NCBI GenBank assembly: GCA_963758635.1
Contig: CAVWWD010000005.1
Span: forward strand, 544,001-608,000
From: an uncultured Candidatus Rokubacteria bacterium
GTDB taxonomy: Bacteria > Methylomirabilota > Methylomirabilia > Rokubacteriales > CSP1-6
Direction: 5' to 3'
Length of the DNA: 64,000 nucleotides
A program made the translations under genes and the position numbers. Positions 37,534 to 49,729 of this stretch are shown piece by piece (the stretch's first letter is position 1; each line of letters opens with the position of its first letter). A model generated the notes under the pieces. It worked only from the letters and a program-made list of their open reading frames with translations. It did no database searches and was not told the DNA's origin.

Positions 37534-38687
37534 GGGGCGCCCAGGGGCGGCCGCGTCTCGAGGAAGCGCCCGATGCGCGACAGGGCCTCCTCGATGCGCT
37601 CGGTGGACTTGGTGTAGCAGAAGCGCACGTAGCCCTCCGCGTTGGCCCCGAAGTCGATGCCCGGGGTGACGGCGACGTGGGTCCGGTCCAGGAGCTCGAA
37701 GGCGAAGGCCAGGGAGTCACGGGTGAAGCGGCGCGCGTTGGCGAGCACGTAGAAGGCCCCCGTGGGCGGCGCGCCGACGCCCAACCCGATCCGCCGGAGG
37801 CCCGCCACCATCACGCGCCGCCGCTGGTCGAACACGCGGCGGAAGCGCGCCGCGTCCTCTCCCGCCTCTCGCAGCGCGGCCAGGGCCGCCCACTGCACGA
37901 ACTCGTTGGTCGAGATGAAGAAGTTGCCGTGGGCGGCGCGCAGAGCGCGCATGAACGCGAGGGGCGCGATCACGTACCCGATCCGCCAGCCCGTCATCGC
38001 GTAGAGCTTGGAGAAGCCGTTGAGCACGAACGCGCGGTCCGTGAACTCGAGGATCGAGTGCTCGGGACCTTCGTACGTGAGGCCGTGGTAGATCTCGTCG
38101 GAGACGATCCACGGGCCAAGCCGCGCGAGAGCATCCATGCGTTCGGGACCCAGCACCGTTCCCGTCGGATTGGCCGGCGAGTTGATCAGGATGGCCCGCG
38201 TCCGCTCCGTGAGCGCTTCGGCCACCGCGGCGGGCCGGAACTGGAACGCGTCGTCCTCGGCCACCGGCACGTAGCGCGGGACGGCCTCCGCATACTTCAC
38301 GAACTTCGGGTAGCACGCGTAGTGGGGATCGGAGAGGACGACCTCGTCCCCGCGTTCGAGGAGCGTCATGAACAGCATCAGCATCGCCGGCGACGTGCCC
38401 GCCGTGACCACGATCTGCTCGGGCGAGACGGTCACCCCGTAGCGCGCCAGGTAGTGCTCGGCGATGGCCTCGCGGAGCGGCAGGAGCCCCTGCGTGTTCA
38501 CGTAGCGCGCGCGCCCGTCCTTCAGGGCCTTCTCGGCGGCCTCGCGGATCACCGGGGGCGTGTCGAAGTCCGGCTCGCCGTACTCGAGGTGGATCACGTC
38601 CGCGCCCTGGGCCTCCAGCTGCTCGGCGCGCTGGAACACCTCCACGGCGAGGAAGGGCTCGATCTCCTGGGCGCGTCTGGCGATCAC
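37530..38687 (-). CDS. Class I/II PLP-dependent aminotransferase (aspartate aminotransferase-like)
   Basis: GEPDF, NSPANPTG, SDEIY, GFSKLYAMTGWRIG. Confidence 0.93.
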   Translation of the reverse strand: MIARRAQEIEPFLAVEVFQRAEQLEAQGADVIHLEYGEPDFDTPPVIREAAEKALKDGRARYVNTQGLLPLREAIAEHYLARYGVTVSPEQIVVTAGTSPAMLMLFMTLLERGDEVVLSDPHYACYPKFVKYAEAVPRYVPVAEDDAFQFRPAAVAEALTERTRAILINSPANPTGTVLGPERMDALARLGPWIVSDEIYHGLTYEGPEHSILEFTDRAFVLNGFSKLYAMTGWRIGYVIAPLAFMRALRAAHGNFFISTNEFVQWAALAALREAGEDAARFRRVFDQRRRVMVAGLRRIGLGVGAPPTGAFYVLANARRFTRDSLAFAFELLDRTHVAVTPGIDFGANAEGYVRFCYTKSTERIEEALSRIGRFLETRPPLGAP

Positions 38688-38717
38688 ATGAGCCTCCCGT
38701 GGGCGGCCGGTGAGCGC

Positions 38718-40157
<1,440 letters not shown>

Positions 40158-40264
40158 GCTGCCTGTGGCGGGGTCTGCCCCGCGCCGCCGTTCCTCGAGA
40201 CGACGGCCGGCCGGGCCACGATCGCTGCATAGATGGTAAGTATCTGTGACATTTGGCGTTTCAG

Positions 40265-40293
40265 ACCATAGAACGCCGAGGTGGCCCTGTCAA
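40265..40293 (-). promoter_or_regulatory. sigma70 promoter for the malic enzyme operon
   Basis: TTGACA (40293-40288)-17bp-TATGGT (40270-40265). Confidence 0.65.
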
Positions 40294-40311
40294 TCGATTT
40301 CCGACCCGAGG

Positions 40312-40340
40312 TTGACGGTACCGGAACCCCGTGGTATGCC
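40312..40340 (+). promoter_or_regulatory. Divergent promoter for the YceI gene, probably leaderless
   Basis: TTGACG-17bp-TATGCC with TGn; ATG 8 nt downstream and no SD. Confidence 0.55.
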
Positions 40341-40347
40341 CGGCTGC

Positions 40348-40959
40348 ATGTCGACGGTGGCCAGATGGGCGCTGGTGCTGGGCGTCACGGGCTCACTCCT
40401 CCTTGGGAGCGAGCCAGCCTCCGCCCAGTCGAAGACGTGGAGGCCCCTGGCGGGCAAGAGCGAGGTCATGTTCACCGTCAAGTTCCGGATGGGCGACTTC
40501 TCGGGGCGCTCCGAGGCGGTCAGCGGCGAGTTCAAGTTCGACCCGGCGGACCTCCGCCAGCCTGTCGCCGGGTCCCTCACCGTCGAGGCATCGACCCTGC
40601 GCACCGGCGTGGACGGCCGGGACCGGGACCTCCGCAAGACGATCGAGACGGACCGGTTCCCCCGGATCCGCTTCCAGGTGGAGAGCGCCGAGTCCTCCTT
40701 CCCGAACATCACGGACAAGGCCGACGTGCTCCTGACGATCCACGGGCAGATGTTCATCCGGGACGTCCAGCGCCCGATGACCTTCCTGGGCCGGGTCCGC
40801 AGCCGTGAGGGAGGCCGGGATGGGACCGGCCTCTGGGTGCGCGGCGACGCGTTTCTCAAGATGACGGACTTCGGGATCACCCCGCCCCGGCGCCTCTTCA
40901 TGGCGGTAGAGGACCAAGTGGTGATTACTTTTGACCTGACTCTCGTCCCGGCGGAGTAA
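40348..40959 (+). CDS. YceI family periplasmic lipid/polyisoprenoid-binding protein
   Basis: Signal peptide (..PASAQ); TGVDGRDRDLR..FPRIRF, DFGITPP. Confidence 0.85.
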   Translation: MSTVARWALVLGVTGSLLLGSEPASAQSKTWRPLAGKSEVMFTVKFRMGDFSGRSEAVSGEFKFDPADLRQPVAGSLTVEASTLRTGVDGRDRDLRKTIETDRFPRIRFQVESAESSFPNITDKADVLLTIHGQMFIRDVQRPMTFLGRVRSREGGRDGTGLWVRGDAFLKMTDFGITPPRRLFMAVEDQVVITFDLTLVPAE

Positions 40960-41198
40960 GCCCTTCGTCCAACTCCCGATTTCCTTCCTCTCGGAACCGA
41001 ATAGGCGTTCCCACTCTCTCGTCCTTCTAGCACGCGCACGTACGGGTCGCTCCGGGAACAGCGCAACCCGCTCGGTGGTTCCATCGGTCGACGGGCTGCT
41101 TCTTGCATCCATGGAGGGCAAATCGCCGTCTAACCGCTTGTTAGGACGTGCACAAGCTCTGGGCCAGGTGGCCAGAGCGTAGATCCGGGGAACCGCCA

Positions 41199-42712
<1,514 letters not shown>

Positions 42713-42713
<1 letters not shown>

Positions 42714-42791
42714 TGAGCCTCGCGCAATAGACTAATGCCGAGCGGTAGGACTGTAGAGGCCCGTGGCGGTTACTGTATTTTGCGAGGTCAC
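42713..42791 (+). repeat. 79-bp copy of the inverted-repeat element, fused to the sigma factor TAG
   Basis: TA|GTGAGCCTCGCGCAATAGACTAATGCCGAGCGGTAGGACTGTAGAGGCCCGTGGCGGTTAC...TGCGAGGTCAC. Confidence 0.92.
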
Positions 42792-42801
42792 TCGCCCGCG
42801 C

Positions 42802-43305
42802 TCAGATCCGCGCCACCGTCGTCCGGTAGGTAGCGATGCCGGTGTCGGGCGGCGACCCGCTGATCAGCGTGATCATGGTCGCGGCCTCGCTCCGGTGGTG
42901 GGTGGCGTGGTTGACCACGTGGTGCAGCAGCGGTCCCAGCGGCGCCTTGAGCGCTGCCCCTCGGCGTTCCGATACTCCACCACACGCGCGAGGTCGCCCT
43001 CGGTGAGCCCCTCCACGAACGCCCGCTGCTGTCCCTCCAGCAGGTCCCACGCCGGCCGGAGCGCGTCCAGCGCCGGAAAGTCGGCGTCGCCGCGGATGCG
43101 ACCCGGCGATGCCGCCGTCCACCGCGCGAGCCAGATGGCGTCGGCCCCATAGAGGTGGACGAACATTGCCTTGACCGTGGGAACGCTCCACTGCTTCCCC
43201 ATGTCGCGGGTCGCCGCCTCGCCCAGCCCGCTGGCGACGTTCGAAGAGCCGGCGGTTGGCCCAGCGGTGGTAGTCGTAGAGTCCGCGGATCAGCTCCACG
43301 CTCAT
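42802..43305 (-). CDS. DinB/YfiT superfamily protein; two compensating indels
   Basis: YHRWANRRL, H-LYGAD-W in an alternative frame, HVVNHATHHR metal histidines. Confidence 0.85.
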   Translation of the reverse strand: MSVELIRGLYDYHRWANRRLFERRQRAGRGGDPRHGEAVERSHGQGNVRPPLWGRRHLARAVDGGIAGSHPRRRRLSGAGRAPAGVGPAGGTAAGVRGGAHRGRPRACGGVSERRGAALKAPLGPLLHHVVNHATHHRSEAATMITLISGSPPDTGIATYRTTVARI

Positions 43306-43339
43306 GACGCGCCCTCCCGCCCATCGGGCCCGATCGGCC

Positions 43340-43555
43340 TCACTCGAGCACCGCGATGGTGTCGCCCTCCTGGACCGTCTGGCCCTCTGTCACCAGGATC
43401 TCCTTCACCACGCCGGCCCGGGGCGCTTCGACGGGGATCTCCATCTTCATGGACTCCAGGACGATCACGGGATCGCCGGCGCTGACGGCGTCCCCCGCCT
43501 TGCTCGTGACCTGGAAGACCACCCCGGTGATGTGAGCCTTCACCTCTTCAGGCAT
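43340..43555 (-). CDS. Stand-alone biotin carboxyl carrier protein (71 aa)
   Basis: LESMKMEIPV biotinylation motif. Confidence 0.9.
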   Translation of the reverse strand: MPEEVKAHITGVVFQVTSKAGDAVSAGDPVIVLESMKMEIPVEAPRAGVVKEILVTEGQTVQEGDTIAVLE

Positions 43556-44891
43556 TGAACGCTCCTTGTTCGACCATCTGGGTGTGCACCCGCCCGGATC
43601 GGAAGGCATCGCTCCGCATCACGCGCTGGTGAAACGGGATCACCGTCTTGACGCCGTCGACCTCGAACCGGTCCAGCGCCTCCTGCATGCGCACGATCGC
43701 CTCGTCGCGGGTCGCCCCGGACGCCACGAGCTTGGCGAGGAGCGAGTCGTAGTGGACGGAAACCGTCACGCCCTCGGCGATGCCGCCGTCGACGCGGATG
43801 CCCGGTCCCTCGGGCACGCGCAGCCGCGCCACCGTCCCGGGCGACGGCAGGAAGCCCCGCGCCGGGTCCTCCGCATAGATGCGGCACTCGATGGCCGAGC
43901 CGCGCTGGACGATGTCCTCCTGGCGCCACGGCAGCGCCTCTCCGGCCGCCACGCGTAGCTGGGCTTCGACCAGGTCCAGGCCCGTCACCGCCTCCGTGAC
44001 CGGATGCTCCACCTGGAGGCGGGTGTTCATCTCCAGGAAGTAGAACTCCTCGCCCTTCACCATGAACTCGAGCGTCCCCGCGTTGACGTAGCCAACCGCG
44101 CGCGCGCCCGCCACCGCGGCCGCGGTGAGCCGCGCCTTCAGGCCGGCGCGAGCGCCGGCGCGGGGCTCTCCTCGACGAGCTTCTGGTGCCGCCGCTGGAT
44201 CGAGCACTCCCGCTCGTGCACGTGCACGACGCCGCCCCCGCGGTCGCCAAAGACCTGGACCTCGACGTGCCGCGCCGCCTCCAGGTAACGCTCCACGAAG
44301 AGCGCTCCCGAGCCGAAGGCGGCCTGCGCTCGGCGCTGCGCGGTCGCGAAGGCCGACGGCAGCGCGGCGGCGTCGGCCACTCGCGCCATGCCGATACCGC
44401 CCCCGCCCGCCGCCGCCTTGAGCATGACGGGGTAGCCGACGCGAGCCGCCACCTCGGCCGCCGCCTCGACGCCATCCAGGGCGCCGTCGCTGCCCGGCAC
44501 CACCGGCAACGCCGGCCCGGGCCATCACGGTCCGGGCACCGATCTTGTCGCCCATCTGCTGGATGACCGTCCAGGACGGCCCGATGAACACGAACCCGGC
44601 CTCCTCGCACGCCTTGGCGAACCGCCAGTTCTCGGAAAGGAACCCGTAGCCGGGATGGATCGCCTCGACCCCCCGCTCGCGCGCGGCGGCGAGGACGCGG
44701 TCGATGCTGAGGTAGCTGTCACGCGCGGCCGGCGGACCGATGAGGACCGCTTCGTCGGCATCGGTCACGTGCGGCCACGCGGCATCCGCCTCGGAGTACA
44801 CCGCGACCGATCGGACGCCCTGGGCGCGGCAGGCGCGAATGATCCGGCGCGCGATCTCTCCCCGGTTGGCGACGAGGACGCTGCGCAGCAC
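43548..44891 (-). CDS. Biotin carboxylase; two compensating indels (~44515, ~44140)
   Basis: ANRGEIA, HPGYGFLSEN, KAAAGGGGIGM, ERECSIQRRHQK, EMNTRLQVEHPVTE. Confidence 0.93.
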   Translation of the reverse strand: MLRSVLVANRGEIARRIIRACRAQGVRSVAVYSEADAAWPHVTDADEAVLIGPPAARDSYLSIDRVLAAARERGVEAIHPGYGFLSENWRFAKACEEAGFVFIGPSWTVIQQMGDKIGARTVMARAGVAGGAGQRRRPGWRRGGGRGGGSRRLPRHAQGGGGRGRYRHGASGRRRRAAVGLRDRAAPSAGRLRLGSALRGALPGGGAARRGPGLWRPRGRRRARARAGVLDPAAAPEARRGEPRAGARAGLKARLTAAAVAGARAVGYVNAGTLEFMVKGEEFYFLEMNTRLQVEHPVTEAVTGLDLVEAQLRVAAGEALPWRQEDIVQRGSAIECRIYAEDPARGFLPSPGTVARLRVPEGPGIRVDGGIAEGVTVSVHYDSLLAKLVASGATRDEAIVRMQEALDRFEVDGVKTVIPFHQRVMRSDAFRSGRVHTQMVEQGAFNA

Positions 44892-44895
44892 GGAC

Positions 44896-45881
44896 TCAGG
44901 CGGGGCGGACGGCGTCCGGACGGGGAGACGTTCGATGGCGACGAACGCGCCATCCCTCGACGCCGAGACCCCATCGCAGCGCCAACGCCACCGAGCCGTC
45001 AGGGGCGTCGAGCCGGAGCTTCACCACCCAGTGGGCGCCGAGGCGCGCGCAGGCCACCATGCGCGGCGCCGACAGGCGCTCGCCCCCGATCGTGTCGATC
45101 GCGTCGGGTCCCCACGCGGTCCCGCGCGGCGAGCCACGGCGCGGCCCCATCCAGCCCATCGGCGACGAGGGCGGCGACCATGGCGTCGACGGTAACGGTG
45201 AGCTCCTCCGGGATCGGCCAGCGCTCCCTGGGCGCTTCGAGCCGGACGAACTCCGCCGCGTCCCCGGCATCGCTCAGGCTCTCGGCGAACACGGGCGCCC
45301 CACCCGGCGCGGCGAGCTCGTCCCCGGTGACGCCGCGGGCCGTGGCGAGCAGACCGGCAAGGCGCGCGTGCCACGCCCGCGCCCGATCCTCGCGGGCGCC
45401 GTCCCGCGAGGAGGTGCCGGAGGACCAGCTCACCTGCCGCCACGTGGCGCCGCTCGTCATCGATGACCCGAGCGAGCACCCGTCGGGTCGGCGGCTCGTA
45501 CACCTCGTTGGCGAGGTCGAGGTGGCGCTGGTAGGTACCGAGCAGGTGCGGCTTCAGCACCCGGTACACGCCGACCAGCCGCTCCACCGTCTGGCCTGGT
45601 GCCTCCGGCTCCTCCACGACGTCCATGAACGCCACGAAGGCGGGATTCGAGGGCTCCGAGACCTGGGCCTGCGCGCGCAGCTCCGGCAACCGCTTGCCGA
45701 ATGCGTCGGCGTGCTGGGCGTTGTCCCACACGTGACGCCCCATGAGGAGCTTCGCGGACAGCTCGGGCGTGAGGGCAAGCCAGCCGCCGAGGATCCGCAT
45801 CATGCGCTCGGCGGCGTAGCGATAGTTGCGGATCACCCGCGCCGACTGGTCGACCGGGAAATGTCCGTCGAGAGGATACAT
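44896..45881 (-). CDS. Hypothetical protein with ferritin-like N-terminal half; apparent indels (~45400, ~45110)
   Basis: GRHVWDNAQHADA and DDERRH helices parallel those of the adjacent DUF455-like protein. Confidence 0.55.
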
Positions 45882-45934
45882 TCAGTCGTGGCCGAGGCGT
45901 GGGTGGCGAAGGGCTTCCGAGGCCATCGCGTGGG

Positions 45935-46690
45935 TCAGTACACCTGCGATCGCTGGGTGGTCTTGATCAGGCGCTGGATCTCCTCGTCGGTGAAGCCGCC
46001 GAGCTGACGGGCCTCGGTCGCGATCGAGATCAGCACCTGCTCGTGGTCGCCATCCTGGCGGACGCCGCCCAGGTTGAATCGCTCGTCGATGCTCTCCTGG
46101 AACTCGATGGCGCGGCGACGTCGCTCGGGATCACCCTCGGTCAGCTTGGTGAGCCACTTCGATCCCATCCGGACGTGCGTGATCTCGTCGGCGAGCACGA
46201 AGTCGACGGCGCGCTCGATGATCGGGTCGCCCATCTTGCGCGCGATGTGAACGAGCTGGTTGAAGACATCGCAGGCGAGCCCCTCGAGCCCGCGGTTCAC
46301 CCCCGCGACACGCGCGGCGGCGTCCTCGGCGCACGCGCATCGCCACAGGATCGTCGTCTCCGGGAACTCGCCCGGATAGCCGTCGAGGTGCTCGAGGAGC
46401 CGCAGGTAGATCTCGAGGTGGCGCGACTCGTCCCACACCTGCCGCGCCATGTCCATGGTGAACTCCCATGGCGCATCGGGGAAATCGCAGACTGTGCGCC
46501 CCGCGCCCTCCATGGCCTGCATCTCGCCGACCATGATTCCGTGCGCCCGCTCCTTGATGGACTCACGGCTCGAGAGGTCAGGGAACGGCGGCAGTCCCTG
46601 GTCGACCTTGACCTGGGCAACGTCGCGGGCCCGCATCCGGACGAAGCGGTCCTCGCGAGCCAGCTTGTCGTAGGCGATGGGACGTTCCAT
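45935..46690 (-). CDS. Ferritin-like (DUF455-like) diiron protein
   Basis: GEMQAME, QVWDESRH, EGLACD, ADEITHV: two ExxH pairs. Confidence 0.75.
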   Translation of the reverse strand: MERPIAYDKLAREDRFVRMRARDVAQVKVDQGLPPFPDLSSRESIKERAHGIMVGEMQAMEGAGRTVCDFPDAPWEFTMDMARQVWDESRHLEIYLRLLEHLDGYPGEFPETTILWRCACAEDAAARVAGVNRGLEGLACDVFNQLVHIARKMGDPIIERAVDFVLADEITHVRMGSKWLTKLTEGDPERRRRAIEFQESIDERFNLGGVRQDGDHEQVLISIATEARQLGGFTDEEIQRLIKTTQRSQVY

Positions 46691-46808
46691 GGCTCCCTCC
46701 AGTGGCTCGGGACCGGCGCGGGCCCGACAGATCGCAAAACTGAACCGCGGTTCAGTCAGTCTAGCCGAAGGTCAGGGACAAGGCAACGGGCCCGGCGCCG
46801 GCGCCGCC

Positions 46809-47996
46809 TCAGCGGCGGCGATGCTTCCTGTCGGCGAGGCTCGCGGGGCGCACCGTCCCCGCCCCGAACCGTTCCGCGATCCGGTCCACCGCCCGGGCGA
46901 CCTGCTCCCGGCGCACCGCGCCGGCGTCGAGGAGCGACAGCTGCCCCTGCCCCGCCGGGCCGAGCCCGGACACCGACAGGCCAATCAGCCGGACCGGCAT
47001 CACCAGCTCGACGCGATCGAGGAGCGCGCGGGCCTCCGCGTAGATGCGAAGTCCGTCCTGGGTGGGCTCGATGGAGTGGCGCCGGGTGATCGTGGAGAAG
47101 TCGCTGAAGCGAAGCTTCAGGGTCACGGAGCGCCCGGCATAGCCCTCGCCGCGGAGCTCGCGGGCGACACGCTCGGCCTGCTCGCGGAGGGTCGCCTGCA
47201 GGCGCGCGAGGTCCCGATGATCTGTGCCGAAGGTCTCCTCGGCGCCCATCGACTTGGGCGGCGCGAAGGGCTCCACCGGACGGTCGTCGCGCCCCTCGGC
47301 GAGGGCGATCAGCCCCGCGGCGCCCGGGCCGAAGCGGGCCGTCAGGGCCGGGACGGGTGTCCTTGCAAGCTGGCCGATCGTTCGGATGCCCATCCCCTCG
47401 AGCTGGGTCCCGGTGACGCGGCCGACACCCCAGAGGCGGCCGATGGGCAGCGGCGAGAGGAAACCGGCCTCGTCCCCGGGCCGGACGACCACGAGCCCGT
47501 CGGGCTTCTCCAGGTCGGATGCGACCTTCGCGACGAACTTGTTCGACGCGACCCCGACCGACGCCGGCAGGCTCATCTCGTCGCGGATCCGGGCTTTGAC
47601 GCGCACGGCGATCGCACGCCCGGATCCGAACAGCCGGCGGCTCCCCGTCACGTCCAGGAAGGCCTCGTCGATCGACACGGGCTCGACCAGCGGCGTGAAC
47701 TCCGCAAGGATCGCCATGATCTGGCGGGACACGGCGGCGTACAGGTCGTGATCGACGGGACGGAACGCCGCGTGGGGGCACAGGCGCGCGGCACGGCCGA
47801 TCGGCATCGCCGAGTGCACGCCGAAGCGTCGCGCCTCGTACGAGGCGGCGGACACGACGCCCCGCCCCCCTGGATCGGCGCCGACGATGACGGGCCGGCC
47901 GCGGAGCTCGGGATGGTCGCGCTGCTCCACGGACGCGTAGAACGCGTCCATGTCGACGTGGATGACGGTCCGGATCTGCGTCGCGGATCCGGGCAT
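46809..47996 (-). CDS. dinB: DNA polymerase IV
   Basis: HVDMDAFYASVEQ, SYEARRFGV, SIDEAFLD, AKVASDLEKPDG. Confidence 0.96.
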   Translation of the reverse strand: MPGSATQIRTVIHVDMDAFYASVEQRDHPELRGRPVIVGADPGGRGVVSAASYEARRFGVHSAMPIGRAARLCPHAAFRPVDHDLYAAVSRQIMAILAEFTPLVEPVSIDEAFLDVTGSRRLFGSGRAIAVRVKARIRDEMSLPASVGVASNKFVAKVASDLEKPDGLVVVRPGDEAGFLSPLPIGRLWGVGRVTGTQLEGMGIRTIGQLARTPVPALTARFGPGAAGLIALAEGRDDRPVEPFAPPKSMGAEETFGTDHRDLARLQATLREQAERVARELRGEGYAGRSVTLKLRFSDFSTITRRHSIEPTQDGLRIYAEARALLDRVELVMPVRLIGLSVSGLGPAGQGQLSLLDAGAVRREQVARAVDRIAERFGAGTVRPASLADRKHRRR

Positions 47997-48004
47997 GGAG
48001 AGGG

Positions 48005-48574
48005 CTACGCGGCCGGGCCCCCGAGGCCGATCTGCGGGGCGACGCCGGTGAGGGCGCCGATGACGAAGGCGAGGTGCGCCTCGAGCGGCACCCCCAGCTC
48101 TTCGGCGCCGCGGTACACGTCGGCCCGGTTCACCGTGCGCGCGAAGCCCTTGTCCTTGAGCTTCTTCACGACCGAGGCTGGCTCGAGGCCGGCGATGGCG
48201 CGGCCGGGCCGGACGAGCGCGCAGGCGGTCACGAACCCGGCCGGCTCATCGCAGGCGTACAGCGCCCGGTCGAGGAGAGACGCGCGCGGGCACCCTGAGT
48301 AGTCGGCGTGCGCGAGGATCGCGTACACGATCTCGCGGGAGACGCCGCGGCTCAGGAGGATCTCCGCGCCCTTCAGCGGGTGACGGGGCGCCGTGGGATG
48401 CATCTCGTAGTCGAAGTCGTGCAGGATTCCCGCGACGCCCCACGCCTCGGGGTCGGCGCCCGAGCGCTCGGCGTAGGCGCGCATCGCCGCCTCCACGGCC
48501 AGGGCGTGCTTGCGGAGGCTGTCGGACAGCGTGAACTCGGTGAGGATCCGCCACGCGCGCTCCCTGTCGATCAT
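48005..48574 (-). CDS. HD/HDIG-domain phosphohydrolase
   Basis: RKHALAV, LHDFDYE, AILAH, KDKGFAR. Confidence 0.85.
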   Translation of the reverse strand: MIDRERAWRILTEFTLSDSLRKHALAVEAAMRAYAERSGADPEAWGVAGILHDFDYEMHPTAPRHPLKGAEILLSRGVSREIVYAILAHADYSGCPRASLLDRALYACDEPAGFVTACALVRPGRAIAGLEPASVVKKLKDKGFARTVNRADVYRGAEELGVPLEAHLAFVIGALTGVAPQIGLGGPAA

Positions 48575-48587
48575 GGACCCCGTCGTC

Positions 48588-49241
48588 CTACGAGCGTACG
48601 GACTGGCGCAGGGCCTCGAGCTCCTGCTCGAGCGACTGGATGCGATCCATCAGGTGCTCGACGGCGCGGGCGAGCGGATCTGGCAAGTCCACCTGGTTCA
48701 GGTCGATCTCCCCCGTCACGCGTTGGCCGTCACGGAAGGTCACCCGGCCCGGCACGCCGACCACGACCGAGTTGGCGGGCACCTCCCGCACCACCACCGA
48801 GCCTGCGCCGATCCGGCTGCCCTCGCCGATCGTGAAGGACCCGAGGACCTTGGCGCCCGCCCCGACCACGACGTTGTCGCCCAGGGTCGGGTGCCGCTTC
48901 TCGCGGCGAAGGCTCGTGCCACCGAGCGTCACGCCCTGAAGGAGGGTCACGTTCTCCCCGATCTCGGCGGTCTCGCCGATGACCACGCCCATCCCGTGAT
49001 CGATGAAGAGACCGTCGCCGAGCTTGGCCGCGGGGTGGATCTCGACGCCAGTGATGAACCGGTTCAGATGGGAGAGGAGCCGCGCCGGCGTCGCCCACCC
49101 TGACTGCCAGAGCCGGTGGGCCACTCGGTGGAACCAGATCGCGTGGACACCCGGGTAGCACATGACCACCTCGAGCGCCGACCGTGCCGCGGGGTCACGC
49201 TCGAGGACGGTTCGCACGTCCCGCTTCATGCGTTCAAACAC
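48588..49241 (-). CDS. cysE: Serine O-acetyltransferase
   Basis: [35 protein letters not shown]. Confidence 0.96.
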   Translation of the reverse strand: MFERMKRDVRTVLERDPAARSALEVVMCYPGVHAIWFHRVAHRLWQSGWATPARLLSHLNRFITGVEIHPAAKLGDGLFIDHGMGVVIGETAEIGENVTLLQGVTLGGTSLRREKRHPTLGDNVVVGAGAKVLGSFTIGEGSRIGAGSVVVREVPANSVVVGVPGRVTFRDGQRVTGEIDLNQVDLPDPLARAVEHLMDRIQSLEQELEALRQSVRS

Positions 49242-49647
49242 GGCTTGCTCCTCCCTCGTCGTTGGTGGCGCGCCCGGCTTCCGCCCGTACGCGCCCGTCC
49301 CGAGCCGCAGCCCGGATGGCCGCGCTCACCACCTCGGCGGCGTGTCGACGGTCGTCGGGCAGGCCGCCCACCGCGGCCTCGACGCGGCCCGCGGGCAACT
49401 CCTCGACCTCGGACAGCGGTAGGCCCGCGATCAGCTCCGTACCCGCGCTCGACGTCGCGATGGTGGGGCCGCACCCGTAGGTCTGGAATCGCGCCTCCTC
49501 CACTCGCCCTCCGCGGATGCGGAGGTACACACGGGCCAGATCCATGCAGTCCCGATCCTCGGCCTCGCCGACGCCATCCGGGTTCCGCATCATCCCCGCG
49601 TTGCGGGGATTGCGAAAGTGATCGATGAGCGTCTGGCTGTAGCGCAC
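49234..49647 (-). CDS. IscU/NifU-N-like scaffold protein, atypical (only two Cys)
   Basis: [30 protein letters not shown] in place of LPPVKIHC. Confidence 0.85.
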   Translation of the reverse strand: MRYSQTLIDHFRNPRNAGMMRNPDGVGEAEDRDCMDLARVYLRIRGGRVEEARFQTYGCGPTIATSSAGTELIAGLPLSEVEELPAGRVEAAVGGLPDDRRHAAEVVSAAIRAAARDGRVRAEAGRATNDEGGASRV

Positions 49648-49649
49648 TA

Positions 49650-49729
49650 GTGAGCCCCGCGCATCAGACGAATGCCGAGCGGTGGGACTGTAGAGGCCCG
49701 TGGCGGTTACCGTACCCTGCGAGGGTCAC
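49650..49729 (+). repeat. Full 80-bp element flanked by TA on both sides
   Basis: TA|GTGAGCCCCGCGCA...TGCGAGGGTCAC|TA between the desulfurase stop and the IscU-like start. Confidence 0.95.

Noticed and set aside
49650..49729. Element as a tRNA-Tyr (CCGAGCGG and GACTGTAAA resemble D and anticodon loops; cloverleaf-like size)
   Set aside because: No TTCRA T-loop, no CCA end and the arm spacing is wrong; a distant tRNA origin cannot be shown by eye.
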